A stretch of DNA of 64,000 nucleotides from Orbicella franksi (taxonomy: Eukaryota): assembly GCA_964199315.1 (NCBI GenBank), contig OZ116699.1, forward strand, positions 29,450,001-29,514,000, read 5' to 3'. The notes below the pieces were generated by a model, which saw only the letters and a list, made by a program, of their open reading frames with translations, did not search any database and was not told the origin of the DNA. This document shows positions 12,501 to 27,500 of this stretch, in pieces. Position 1 is the first letter of the stretch, and each line of letters begins with the position of its first letter. The position numbers were made by a program, and so were the translations under genes.

Positions 12501-15500
12501 ATAGAAAGAGAACATTGTTAGGAACTATGATTATCCATAAAATCCTAACGGATCAAAAGAGTGACTCATGTCTAGTTAACCTTTTCAGCAATCTCTAAAT
12601 TAAAGGATTATAAACTACAATGAATACATCGTGTATACCACTACAAATGATATGTACCAGGTTTTACGAGAACTGAGAATATCCCCACACTCCTGACAGC
12701 ATATGCTATTTAAAAGACGTAACTTTAAACGCTAAGCGAGTTTTGGAGAACTTGAGAATTGTCTTGGTTTGTCCAATAAGCTGAATCCGTCGGGTTGTGG
12801 AATATTATTAGGAATAAGCAGAAAAAAGGAATCTTAAGGACTACCAACCGCGCGCGGTTTCACACTGATTCCCATAGCACTAGTAGTTCTCCGGTGAAGT
12901 TTCGATATTATCGTAAAAAGCAAGAACAAACCGTCCACGTTTTTCTTTATTCTTCTTAACAAATAGATTCAATCTTGCCGCGCGTCTTATCAGTAAAAGA
13001 TCGCAGATGACGTCAAAATGTGCTAAGAACATAAAAGTGGCACGGTGTGTCACTGATGTTGTTACCAAAATTTGACGTCTTCTGTGATCTAGACGCACGG
13101 CAACATGGAACCTATCTGTTTTATATAATAAAAACAAACAGAACAACTGTTACTGACGTTATCTGTGCGTCTGTCATAAGTACGGACCAAACAAAATGCG
13201 GGAATAGTTTGAGTTATCAAATAAATTCCATAGATCATAAAAAATGAGGTCATGAAGTGTCCAAAACTTTGAAGTGAAACCAGGCGTTTGCAGCTTGCGG
13301 TTCCACTCGAGTTTATAATTTAATAACCCTATGGGCCTAATAGCGCGACGAGGCGAGATGATGATGAGATGATAAGCGTGTAGATCATAAAAATGTGGTT
13401 GATTGGTTAACTACCCCTTCCACATCAATACTATAAGAGGAAAGACCTAATTGCATACATACGATACTCCGCCACTGATACCTTGTTGGGAGCAGATCAA
13501 GTTTGTCAGATGAGCGCGAAATCACGACCTCTTTGTAATCACGTTGATGCGTAGGCTGACCTTAAAGACGCAAAATCCCTGAAATTCATACCGAACTCGG
13601 CCAAACCTAATCCGGTCACATCAGATTTCGCAGGATTTTAGGAAAGCAGGCAACCCGCAGTCTGATAAGCTACTGGGGTAGATTTATACTTATCCTATAA
13701 AGGAAACTACTCTAAACTGCTACTTATATTTTTCATGCTCGCAATGTTAAAGGCTGAATCAGTCTTTTTGGAAGATTTCAAAGAAAGTACCTTAATCGTC
13801 GTTGTCTTCGTTTATAGGTGAATGTGTACTTGCGGCCCCGTCGGATTACTGTTCGCCAGCGACGTCTCCAATAGAAACGTAGTCGGCTGCGCCTTCGCCG
13901 TCGTCGCTTGCGTCTCAGCTTGCGTAGATATCGCCTTCTCCTTCTACGCCGTCGGCGCATCCTTCGCCTTCTTCTTTGTTTTCTTCGCCTGAGTTTTCTT
14001 CTCCTTCTTCTTGACCGTCGCCTTCTTCCTCGTCTGCCATATCGTCTTCGTCTGCGCCTCAGTCCCTTCCATCGTCCCTTATAGCGTAATGTCAATCGCC
14101 CGTATCTGATTCGTATCATTCTGTACCCCTTTTTGTAGAGGAGCCTAAATCGCCCTCGATAGACACGCAGCCTTCTGTACCTTCGGCCATACCTGATCTT
14201 AATATACGGTTTACGGTCAACACGCCATGTTCCTCTCCAATAGACCCTTACTGTCTTACGTTGGATCCTGTGGGACATTGACAGAATGATAAAGGTTACA
14301 AAATAGAGCCATAACAAAATTCTCAAATCTGATTAGCCATCAGCGACACCAATTTGTACATGCGAATTGACTACATGTTGTCCAGGCATCTAGAAATAAT
14401 TGGACGTTAAAAAGCAAACTACCACGAAACAGAAGACCCATTTTGTTAATTTCTCGTATGATTACTGACCAAATCGAACCAAAAGAAGTCGTACAACCAT
14501 TATTAATTTAACACGAGAATAAAATAGAATAGTAATAGGTCAAGTACCGTAAAAATCTCAAGAGGTCTACAACTATTTGGCAAGTGCAACACTCGCGCTA
14601 CGTTTTTTTTAAATTTTACAAGTCGCCTTTTTACGGCGCGCGTTTAACGTGCAAACACGTGTAAACACGTGTAAGGCTTCAGCACTAACCGAAACGTCTT
14701 GAAGTAACATCATAAAAACAGTTAGCGGCAAACCACTATCTTACAATGTCATCTCTTAACTACAATTACACAAGTGTTAAACACTGGGCAAGGATTGACC
14801 TATAGTCTACGACAGGGGTGGAGGCATTTTCGAAGGGGTTCATTGTATGAAACCTTAATATCGGATTATTACCATATGTCGACTAAGGAGGACTAAACAA
14901 CCAGCGTACCTGATTAATCTCCATCCGTAGCGCCCGTAGCGGAATCTCAATGAGTTCCCTCTCCTAAATACGCGCCTCCATTTACCGTAGTAACGATAAA
15001 TGATTTGCGTTCCTCTTCGCCTTATTTTTCGCCTTTGCCGTCTTCGCCTTCTTCTGCGTCGTCTTTGTCGTCTTCGCCGTCTTCGTCTTCTCCTTCTTCG
15101 TCTTCTTTGTCTTCGTCTCCTCCTCCTTCTTCGCTTCCTTCTTCGGATCCTCCGAGTTCTCTTTCCTCGTCGATATTTTCTTCTCATTGTTATCCACCGG
15201 CGATATCGTCTCATTTTCACTCTTCCGTAGCGTATTTTTAGCATCCTGATCCTCCGGCCGAAACGGAAAAATAATCGCCTTCGGCGAACTGTTAACGGAC
15301 GCCATCCACGTTTGTAATAGACTCTGAATCGCCGCCTTGTACCTCGTATGATTTGCCATCGTCTTCCGTATTTGAATCTGAATATGCCACGGTAAAATCT
15401 GGTGATTACAAAGTAACAACAGTTATATTAGAATTTTCATCTGTCAACAGTCGATTTTTAAGGCATGGCCAGGAAGTGTTATTAATCTCCATCGATCTTC

Positions 15501-18500
15501 CTCAATTCTTGCAAAGACGCTTTTCCCTGAGGGAATCCGAGATTTAATTTCAGTTGCAGATAATAACGTGCTCACGCGTCGCAACGAAAATGGGTATTGA
15601 CACCCCAAAAGAACCCGCAGGGGAAAAGCGTTCACATCCAAGACTAGAAAATGGCAGGGAAGCTGTTGTTTTGTTTATTTTCTTTACCAGTATCCTCTTC
15701 GACGTAATTTCAGTTTACAATAGCTCTAATAAGAATTGTAAGACGGAACATTACGTCTTTTACCTGGAAGCAGATGAGAAAAGAATTCTTCTACAATTAA
15801 TCAATGCAGACATAAAGTCCGCAATGGACAACAAAAACTGAAATAAGTGATAATATGTTAATTATGAAATGTAAACTTTGTTCAATTAAGCAGCTACTTC
15901 TGGATCCAGTGAAGTAAGTCTATTTCATGAAAACAACATAAAACTCGTCGTGACGAGTTCAACAGTTAATGCATTTCAATAAAACAGCTTACCGGAGAAT
16001 CACTGGTCGTCGCTTATATCGGAACCTCAAGAACTTGCCTCGCCGATACACTAGTCTCCAACGCCGCCGCCACTTGAATCGCAAGACGCATCGGCGACGA
16101 CGCCTTCGTCTTCGCCTTCGCCTTCGTCGTCTGCGTCTGGCAATCCTCCTCTTCCTGCGCTTTCTGCGTCTGCGTCGTCTTCGTCTCTTCCTTAACTTTC
16201 CTCGCCTACCTCTGTATCGCCGCCGCCGTCTGGGTCTGATCATCCTCCAACTCCTTCTAAAACGCCATAGTACTTTTCCTCCTCTGATCAACAATTTGCG
16301 GTACTTACGCTTGTAGCGCAGGAAGAAGCGTCTCTTAAAAACTCGTACGCGACGCCATCCTCTTCGCCAGATTCTAAGTTTCGGGCGACGTAAAGTGCGC
16401 CATTTTCGTCGTCGTGTTAAGATCTTCAACATACCGCCTATGAATCTGTTAATAGAATCAGCAGACAAGGTTGTTGGAGGGTACTCTGTAATAACTTGGC
16501 CGGCATCTGCCTTCTTTTTAAAACTTGACAAAACTTAAGGGCTTTCGCACAAAAAACTTCGAATATGTAGGTACTTTCAAAATTCTTAGTATTATAGTAT
16601 GTAGTATGATAACGAGCCACTGTCTGAAATACCAAAAATGGGGTTCACTAGAGTGATCAAATGCCATAATTCTCAAAATCAACCATTTCCGAGTTACCTT
16701 TCGCCTCTGTTTCAAAACGAGTCTTCGTGCAAAACCTTTTATATGAAAATGAGTTTGATTTGCATGAAAATGAACATGTCTGCGGAACGCATTTCCATAT
16801 GTATGGTTTTGAACGAAGACTCCTTTTGACACAGACGTAAAAGTCAACTCAGAAGTGGTCTATTGGCGCACGAAATATGCATGATGACATCAGACTTGCA
16901 AAATCACCACCAACCCTCGCTTTGACATTGCAAATTGTAAATGTTATCACGAACAAATTCCCAAAGCAGTAGAGATGAAAAGAAAACCCCTTTACAAACA
17001 ACGCGAATGTACCGGAGGTTTGAAAAAATTTTGCACAAACGAGGCTTGGTGGCGAATTTTGAGCATGTGACGTAATTATTCGTAAGGTCCATTCTATTAT
17101 GGGGGCGGGGGTGTAAAGTTTCAAATTTCTGATGTATGTAGCACCTTTTTCACTGATCTGTGTTACACAACGCAGAAAAAGGGCAGAAAAAGTGATCTAT
17201 CGAAGAGAAAATACGGAATTTAAGCAAACTGCGACGGCAACGGCAACGAGACCGCCACCAAATAAAAGATATAGGGAGAAAAAAACATTGTCTGGGCAAG
17301 TGCGTTTTAAGCCGTCCTCTGCAAAATACCAGCGTGAAATGACCAAGCTAATTTTTCGTATCTGTGTTTGGAAGTGAACGCTGTCAGTTACATATTTAGT
17401 CTGTAAAAGTTTTAGGAGCCATAAGTATACTGAACAGATCTGGAAAATTTTGACATTTGTACTAGGTAAAATGTAAATTCATTTTTGAATACGCGTCGTA
17501 ATCAGCGTCGCCGTTGTCACTGCTGAAGCTCCACGATAGGGATCACAGAACCTGAACGTCATCAAATCCTGGCAAAGATATCACACTTGCCACTAGCAAT
17601 ACTAACATCAGTATTTACCTGATATACCGTCTTTTCCTTCCTCTCTTAAGCACAAAACGACGTCCTCTTCGATACACTGGCAACCAGCGTCGTCTGTATC
17701 GAATACGTATCACGCAACCACGTCTTCTACGTTTACGCCGTTTCACTCGTCTTCTTCGCCTTACTCGTCTTCTCCTTCTTCTTCTCTTTCGTCTTCTTCT
17801 CCGTCTTCTCCTTCTTCTCCTTCTTCGTTTTCTTCTCCTTCTTTTTCGTCTTCTCCTCCTCAGTTTTCGCCGTACTCTTCGGCGCCGATAGCGTCGACTG
17901 CGAGTTCTGATTCGTACATACCTTCTGTTGTATCTTACGAGGAATCTTCCGAGTCGGATTTTCAGGATACGACGTCGTCGTCTATAGACTATGGTCAGCT
18001 TTCGACGGAATTTACTTGCCAAACGCCAGTACTTTCCTACGCGAAGTGTTATTTTGGGACGTCTTATCAGTAGTCGCCTTTTTCCGAAGATGGTGATCTT
18101 TCCTTTAAAGTACCTGATTTGGACATGGCAAAAGAAACATCTACATGTATCACAGTATGAAACAGAAAGACAACGAATACGTACTTAGGTGCATGTTATT
18201 CTTCAAGTTTTTGTTTGGCTGGTTTCCTTTGGAGGAACCTATGATTTTTCAGAGGCCACTACCTTTAAGGGTCACTTACGGAGAAGGGGAGGGTTACTAC
18301 TAAGGGACCGTGACAGGGCTCGAGTGCCATCAATGCTCTTGTTTGAACTTGTGTATTCTTCCAGTGCTCTACCAATCCAAGTTTATATCAGTTACAGTCA
18401 AACTACTGGTGAAAACTGGCACATATATCGTTAACGTAATCGTTTCTTGGCGCATGACACCGATACCGACTACAGTAGGTATAGCAAAATCGCCTCCGAT

Positions 18501-21500
18501 AAGGGAAAAGAAATAAAAAATGACACCAGAAAGTACACAATGAACGTACATTAACTGTTACTAATGCTTCTGTTATCATTACCATGGTTTTTGAAAAAGG
18601 TATCTCACCTGATTGTTCTGTATCTTCTTCTCATACGAGTTACTAATCTACGACCAAAGCGATATACTTTCCTCCATCTGCCTCTATAGCGGAAGCGCAT
18701 TACGCAACGGCGACGTCTTCTTCTTCGTCGTCTTCGCCTCCTTCGCCTCCTCCTGCGTCTTCTCTTTCTTCGTCGTCTCCTTCTCTTCTTTCGGCGTCTT
18801 AGTCGCCTTCTTGAACGTCGCCTTCTCCTCTTTCTCTTTCGACGTCTCCTCCTAATTCTTCTTCTCCGTAGTCGTCTGATGTATCGACGTATGCGTTGGC
18901 GGGGCTTCAATATTCGCCAGCGTCGTTTCCAAAGCCATCTAACTTTACCGCGTGTGATCCTGACAGGTCGGAGTCTCTTTTTGTATCTTATCACGAACCG
19001 CCTGCCGCGAATCGTTACTCCTTTCCATCTTACTCCTACACGCAGTTGTATTCGGTTTCGGATGGTGCGCACGGTTTTCCACCTTCTTCCTTTCCTGTAA
19101 CGCACCACGCGTCTTCCGAAACTAGTGCAAAAGAATATAACTTTCAGTTGAACATTGTGAGCCCCAAAAATCAAATTGCGAATCATTTCATTTTTGCTCT
19201 ATTTAGAAACTTTTACCAAAACATATAATCCACATCTCACTCTCTTCCCTCTAAAAACCTTAACTCTACTTCAAAGCACCAAAGTTTGGCGTTTGCTTCC
19301 AGCCTTGATGATATTAAGCCGGTCATCAGCCCAATTCAATTGAATTTCTTTTTTTTTTGCTACACTTCCGCATTACAGCTGCTATCCTAGGTTACAATAC
19401 GTCTTAATTAAGTGTCGACTAAAGACAACACCAGGCGCATTACCACAAAAGCTGTGGAGCGTGGCCACCTATTCTGACAAGGCAAAGTCTGTGCGAGGTG
19501 GAGGTCGGCTGACACCTTCGGGTCATGTAGCAAAATTGGCAGTGTTGTATTTAAAACTGCTATTTTGACAACCCTTCATTGAAAACAGCCCCTTCTGATG
19601 TTTTTACTTCTGACTTACTAGATTCGTTTGTATCCTCTCCGCGTGCGGAACCTAAAGAAACGCCCTCTGCGGTATACGTTTCTCCATCTGTTCAAATAAC
19701 GGAAACGTACTACGCAGCGACGTCGTTTTCTACGTCTTCTTCGCCTTCGTCGTCTCCTTCTGCGCCTTCTACGTCGTCGACGTCGCCTTCGCCGTCTTCT
19801 TCTTAATCGTCTTCGCCTCAGTGCTTTTCTTCTTCGTCGGTATCTCTTCCTTTGTCGCCTTCGTACCCTTCGCAAATATCGTCTTCGTTTCCTTCTAATT
19901 CTACGCCTTATTATCTTCCTTCTTCGCCTGGACTTTCTTCGTCTCCTTCGTAGGAATCGCCATTGACGTCTAAAGCGGTACAGAACTCTTCCTCGCCGGA
20001 TTCTTAGCAGTCTTAATTTTCTCCCGTAGCGGAAACCGAAGCCCCTTCTGCCATAGTTCCGTAATGTACGCCATAAACGTCGTATACGGGCTTGGAATCG
20101 AAGACGACTAGTACGTTTTATGACTAGTCGTCTTCGCATGTAGTAAACTACTACCCTGCCTCTGTAGAACCTGAAAAAAGACAAAAATGGATGTTAATGC
20201 ATTGAAAACTAAAAAAGTATTTTATTGTTTTATATTTCTTACTGCAAGTTTTTTCGGTAAGGACTCGCGGGAATTTCTAGTGGAAAGTGGAAGCTCTCCT
20301 GTGATTGTTTATATTAAACGTTTTTGTCCTAATGGCAACCAGTGGCGGACTTAGGGGAGGGGCCCAGGGGGCGAAAACACGTTAGCCTCGAGGGGCCGAA
20401 CGTTGTTTGGGCTCCCACCTCAATTTACGCCCTAAGGACCGGAAAAAATTTGCAGTCCCCCCGTTATAAACAGATCTCGAACTACCATTGATAGTGTATC
20501 CAGTGGTGACGTTGTGACAAGAAGAATGATCTCTCTGCTTAACAATCTTTTTGACCTCTTCACGGGTCGTTTAGTGGTATGGTAGTCCAGAATTTTAGAG
20601 CTAGTAAAGTAATGATATATGATTCCCATAATTTGGTAAATTTAAAAATGCACCTCTATCACATACTTAATACGAAAACTGATCCTCTATCCCAGAAGGC
20701 CCACTCATCCTATTTATTTGATCGTTTCGAAACATAATGAACGTTCAGGTTTGAGACCAGTTTGCACGCGACAAAGTAATATACCCTATTTCATTTAAAT
20801 CACTAGCTATGACAGAGTATCTCATCGCTTAATAAATTCTCTCTTCGTCCTTGGTAAAAAAGGTTGCGTCTAAGTCTTACCTGACAAATCCAGATCTTCG
20901 CCCAACGCGGAACACTAATTTATTTCCTTTGCGAACGAGATTCCTCCAGCGACGATAGAATCTGAAGCGTAAAACACACCTTCCGCGCCTTCTTCTCTGC
21001 CTTCTTCTTCTCCTTCTCCTTCTTCTCCTTCTTATCCTTCGCCGTTTTCGTCTCCTTGTTCTTCTTCTCCTCCTTCGTCTTCTTCTCCTTGTCCTCCTCC
21101 TCCTTCGCCTTCGCATTCTTCGTCGCTTTCTTCTCCTTGCTCTTCTTCCTTTGTAAATTCTTCTTCTGATCACTCTCCAGCGCTTAAGGATTCGGAATCT
21201 TGGCTTGCCACGGTAGAAACTCACCAATCTTCTCCTTCGTCTGTAACGGATAAACAATCGTCTGCGGTATCGTATTGCAGGTCGCCATGTCCTTCCTACT
21301 CGGATATGTATTGGATAAGTTCTCCTTATCCAGCGTGCTCTATAACGTATATAGGTAAGACCTCTTACGAATCTACAACGAGAACACAAGGAAACGGAGA
21401 AATGTAATCAGCCGACTTGTCTAAAATACAAAGACCTATTTCTGTAGATTATCCTTGAGCCCCGTCATTTTAATTTCTTCGTAAAGTTTTCCTGGCATGT

Positions 21501-24500
21501 CTGTATTTAATTTTAGAAACTGAACGTTTTTTTTTTCTCTTTACAGCCAAGATGTTAAAAATTTGAGAATTCTTGTTCACCAATATAACGAGCCCCACAG
21601 TTCGCGCATGGCAATTAGTATACAACACGTGAAATCTCTTTTCTTGCGTTATTTGCCTCATTGAGCACTACGATTGAACTGAGTGAGGATAATCAGGGTC
21701 TTTCCTGTCATGCTCCGAAAAATGTCGTTTTGAAGGAGCTGTGTCATTATATATTACGTCATGAGAAAATTCTCCTAAACGAGAAAAAATCCCACGTACA
21801 TGTAACAACTTGTCAATGTAGTTAAAAAGGAAAAGATAAATCATTCATCAGTAATGAACGAAGGTTGTAACGGTTGGGCCTCTGAGTAGCGTAACAAACC
21901 GAAAAGGTGAAAACCTTAAAAGAATGGTAAATGCTGTGGCTGCTCGACGGTTACGAGATCAGAAAGTTACAAATGGATAACCGTGACTGCACACCGTGGC
22001 AAATAACAAATAACAAAATAATTTGGGTAAATGGTAAACAAACAATATCACCTTTAATTTTTGAACAACTCAGACCAGATCTGGATTTATGTTTGCTGAT
22101 ACTGTAAAAATTGCTGGTTTTCAGTGTCCCGCAATTCAAATAACAAAAGCACGTTGAGTTCATTGAAACAAAGAAAGAAACAATAGGCGGAGAGTTCATT
22201 GTTTAGTTTACCGCCTCATCATGAGGTAATGAGTATTGTCGCGCATTCATAGCAACCAATGAAAACAGCTCGTTCGGAGCATCGATGAATATTAATAAGC
22301 GTCATGACATACCTATACACTTTTTCGAACTGTAAGTAAATGTCCCGAGAACAATAGGCATTCTACGCCATGAATATCCAAATTGATTTTTGTCTGGGCT
22401 GATTCCCGCTCCCTCCCCCTACCGGAGCTCAACCCAAACAGACCAGGTTGGGTTATACGGAGTAAATTAATTTGGATGAGAGATGATTGAAAATGAAGGC
22501 GATGTTTGACGTCCGAAGCAACAGATATGTCGATGCAAAGAAAGGTAAAGGTAAAGTCTGCATACGAGCCAGGTGGCTCATCAGGCCGGAGCTTATCCCG
22601 GTTTCTGTAGCATGAAGTGACTGGGAGCATTTCTACTCCCCCTGGATGGGATGCTAGTCCATCGCAGGGTTACCCCCAGCATTAAGTTCGCCAGTACCCA
22701 TTTAAACACCTGGGCGGAGGGAGGTACTGTGAGAGTAATGTAAGCAATGTCCCCAGCCAGGGCTCGAATTCGGACCGCTCGATCCGGAGACGAGCGCACT
22801 AACCATGAGGCCCACGCCTCTCTCAAAGAAAACCAAGCAAAAAATATGTTACTCGGGTGAGATGGTAACCGGAGGGCCTGCAGTTAAAAATTCGTTGCAA
22901 AATGACCCAGCTGCGTCACTGGTTTGTTAAGCCGCTGAGAACTGTCACAACAGCTATTGGGGTGTTCCTAACGGTTCAGTTCAAGTGCAGTGGCTTTTTG
23001 TCTGGGATTTGAAACTATTAATATTACTATTAACTATTATTAATATTACTATTACTATTAACAGAAACGCACTTGGTTCAACTTGAGATATTTGACGAAA
23101 CGTTTGACGAAACGAGCCTTTCATCAGTCGTTGCAATGATGAAGGAGTTATTTAATCCGGTTCCCTGTTATTTAAAGTTTTTTTTTTTAGCTATTTCAAC
23201 TTGCTGGTACCATTTAATTATTATAACTGATATCTGTTTGTAACTTAAAACATTTCTGATGGGTACAGAGAAAATTTGTTGTTGCTTCTGTGCAATGTTT
23301 CGACAAATATGTTAAGTTCAACCTAGTATTTATTACTCAAAAACATTGTTAACATGATCTAATTTCAAAGTGCTGCGCAGCTTAATTTCTTCTTATTGTT
23401 TTTATGGTTGTTATTTCTTTAGAAATGACTACTTGCTTGACATCTGCGATCATCTAGTTTCGACTTTTTTTTTTTTTACAATACAAAACTCACTTAAACT
23501 TAGTTTCGACTTAATTGCTCATCTATAGTTCCATTATTAGATTCATTTTTTATGTCCAGTATGTCGAAAGCCACAAGGTTGAGAGCACTTTCTCGTTATA
23601 CTATTATTATTTTACGTCATTCCAGCAAAGAACGGGTTAATGAATTTTGATACGAATGCTTTAAATCAAATCTTCAAAGTACGAGCTTCTAAAAGTCTTT
23701 TTCTACAACCGCAAGAATTCGAATTTCAGATTGAAAATCAGGTCAAAACTGTAAACGCAGTACTTAACGAGAGCAAAAGTCGACATGGGCGAGGAATGAG
23801 TTTTCATCAAGACCGGTCAAACGAATTGGACACAGGCAGAAATTGGTAACATCTGCTTGTCAAACTTGCAAAAGGTTTCTTGTACCCTAAAGTTCAAATT
23901 AGATGGGAGAGCACAAGATGCACCGGACGAAAGTGTATGCGAGCTGAAGATCAAAAATACGCGATGATTTGAACTTTCGTCGATTTTCGTTGATTCTCGT
24001 CCTAAATTAAGTCCTGGTCCCTGCTCACTTAGGGCATTACCTGATACGTCTTGATATCTTCCCGAAACGTATCCATAATAAGCGTCTTGTTCTGTAAACA
24101 GGATACCAGCGACGTCCACGGCGAACACGGATCACGCATCTCCGTAGGCGTCGGCGTCTAATTCTCCGTTGCCGTCGTCGTCTTCTCTTATACCTTCTTA
24201 TTCGTCTCTTTCGCCTCCTCCTCCTTCTTCTCCTTCGTCTAATAATCCTTCGTCGTCGTCTTGTTCTTCTACCCACTCCTCTCCTAATAACCTTCCATCC
24301 TCGTTTCCCGAAAATGCTTACTCTTCCTCTAAACAATCTTATTCTTCTAACCCGCCGTCCGTATCTAATCAGTAATGTGCGTCCCCGTTTCTGGATACGT
24401 CTCCATCCTCTTCGCAGTCTGACCCGAAGACGGTAATTAGGTTTACGGAATCGAATCAATTTTCTTCTCCACCTGACCATAAGAACACCACGACGATACC

Positions 24501-27500
24501 TGGAAAACAGGCAAGAAACATCAAGAAAGACGTATTCCTATGAGGTGACCTGTTTTTCTTTGTATAGATTACCAAGTTACAGCAAATTGCTCCTTATATA
24601 AAGTGAAACCTCTCCACAACGGCCACCCTGGGGACAGAAGTAAGTGGCCGCTGTAGAGAGGTGGCCGGTATGGGGAGGTATGAGTGTTACATGACACCTG
24701 GTTTCCTGGGTTGCAACATTCGTATTTGAAATAAAATTCGTAGAACGCTTTCCCGCTTTGTTGATTACAAGTGTTCCTCGGATCAAAGAGATAACGGGAC
24801 ACAGAACACCGCGAAAGAGCCTGCAACAGATTTATCAGGCAAATATCTTTTGAATAAAAAATCTTATATTTATTTAGAACTTAGCCGTACAGGGAAGTGG
24901 GTGAATGCCAACAATATTCGTTCACTATGATTCATTCATTTAACCCTCTTGGCGAATTTGATGTACGGACTGTTCACCGCTTCATTTAATTGTGTCATAG
25001 TAGCCGCATTTTGGCAAGCAGGCCAACTCAAATTTTATCTATTTTACACCTTTTTGCAAAATTTATTTCCTTGACAAAATTCCTTGCCGGTCTACTATAT
25101 ATTATTTTATAATTAGATTGTAAGCTCATGAATTGTACGAGGTGATTGTTAAAGTTTCTTGTGATTTCTAATTATTTCAGCTTTATGTATTAATTAGGAC
25201 TGAACTTCTTGCCATAGCGAAAACGCCCCAGAGTCGAATTGAGACTTGAATCTTGTTGCCCTCTAAACACACTCATCAGTCCATTCAACAATTTCGAAGT
25301 TTTAAAGTCGAGTAAGGGCGAGTGTCCTAGCTTCGTTAAGACTTCTGCAGAGTTAAATTACCCAGTAACTTAGCTGTAACGAAATTCCATTTAGACGCCA
25401 GAGAAACGTCGCCATTTTGTGGAAGAGATCCAGCTATATGCACACTAAAGGCTACCAGTAGAATTCTTCTACTATACCAATGCAAATGCTGCAATCTGAT
25501 TGGCTGAGCTATCGTACACTACATGTCATATAAGTGTGCAGTGGCTGGGGGTTGTCCGCATAATAGCAAGGTTTGTTTCGTTTCTCCGATGTTTCGAAGA
25601 AGATTTAGACATATTACTGCAAATTTGATTCCAAAGAACACTAAAGAGAGTAAATTGACTGTTATGCTACTTTATACAACAAAATTTTCAATGTACTGAC
25701 GAGCGCGTGTAAACGGTTTCAAATTTCAAACAACAATTCACTCCGCGCGCTTTTTAAACGTAAAGAAATAATTGGAAAACGTTGATTGAAGGAAATTTAT
25801 TAATTATTCGCTTTCGACTTTTACGAGGAAATAGTTGATTAGGCCTTTGGCAGGTATTATACACACAAACGTTCGTTATCGCCTTCTTGGTTTGCAGCCG
25901 GCAAAACAATCGCAGCGGGATCTCAAGGAAAAAAAAAATTTACAGAAAGATTCCGTATATAGAAAGGGTCACCTTTGTAGCTGTGAGATCGAATCAAAGA
26001 AGCAAGTAATTTCTTACCTTAGATACTTGTATTTTCTGCCGTAACGGAAAACTAGACTCTTATTTCGCCTGTACACTCTTCTCCACCTTCCTCTGAATCG
26101 GAAACGCAGTACGCAGCTGCGTCTTCTTCTCAAACGCTTTCTGCGCCGTCTACGTCGCCGTCTTTGCCTTCTTCGTCGCCTTCTCAGCTTCCTTCTGTAC
26201 CGCCTTCTCTTTCTTCTCAACCTCCTCTTCAGTCTCCTTCGTCTTCCTCGCTTTCTATAATAAACTCGCCTCCATCGTCTTCCGATCCGTACTCTCACTC
26301 CTCTGCCGATTCTCAGCTTCCTGTTCAGCCTTCTGTATCTCACTCGTAGGGATTTGCCGAACCGTTTGACGAACCTCCACCGTGTTCCGATCCAGACGCG
26401 GATCTTTCTACGGATTCGTCGCACGACCTTTCTTCCAATTCTCACTTTTCCTCGTATGAATCTGGATGGAAGCAGCCACAGACATCCAGCGAATTAGTAA
26501 CAGTTTCAATGATATGAAGACATGATTGATCATTGCAGTTATACATACAACTTAAGCAGTTTTGAAATTAAAGCCTGAAAAACAAATTCTGGCTTGCACG
26601 GGATTCGAATCTATGACCTCTGTGATACCGGTACAATGCTGAACCAACTGAGCTCTCAAGCCAACTGGGAGCTAGTCACGTTGTGAGTTCGTACAATACT
26701 CGTAGATGGTGAAGAACACAAATGAATATATTTTTCTACGCAGTTGAAATATATGATCTTTCATATATTCAGTTTCAATAATATCGATCTAAAATACTTT
26801 TAATTTTAATAAGTGTCACATTTAAGCCACTCAGAGTTTGTAAGTGTGAAAGAGTTTTAAATGAGTCAATTCAACTTAATTGACTTATTTGTGTATGTTG
26901 ACTTAGACACACCTTTCTCTTGTACCAATAACAGAATTATTCAGTACATCCCTAAAAATGCGTACGCTAAACCACTATATCATTTTCCTTCCAGAGGCAA
27001 AACAAACTTTTCCTACCTAAATGGCTTCCAGCCTCTTCCAACTCTAATTCTCAGTCCTCGGCGTTTTTTATACACCTTTCTCCATCTACGGCGGTATTGG
27101 AACCATAATACACATCTGCCACGTCTTCTTCGACGTCTCCTACGCCGTTTTCGCCGTCTCTTTCGCTGTCGTCTGCGTCGCCTTCTTCGCCTTCTTCTAA
27201 GCTGCCTCCGTCGGCGTCTTTGTCGCCTCGCTCTTCGTTTTCTCAAGAAACGCTTTCTATACCTTCTTCTCCTATATCTTCCCCGCCTTCTTCGGTATAT
27301 CAGTCGTCTCCATCTTCTTCCTCTGTAAACCCTAACTATTCCGCGCGTTAATTTGATCGGTATTCTTCGGCCTTTCCAGGTGTAATACAGTCTGCGGCCA
27401 TATCGTCGCACTGGTTTCCAAGACCGCCCTACGCGTACACGTATGCGCCGGGTTAGTCTCCTCAGTAGAATCCATCTACGTTTACGCCTGATGTACAGCT

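Noticed and set aside
18189-18560. Short ORFs between E36 and E37 as a degenerate exon
   Set aside because: Stops in all minus frames and no convincing module motif.
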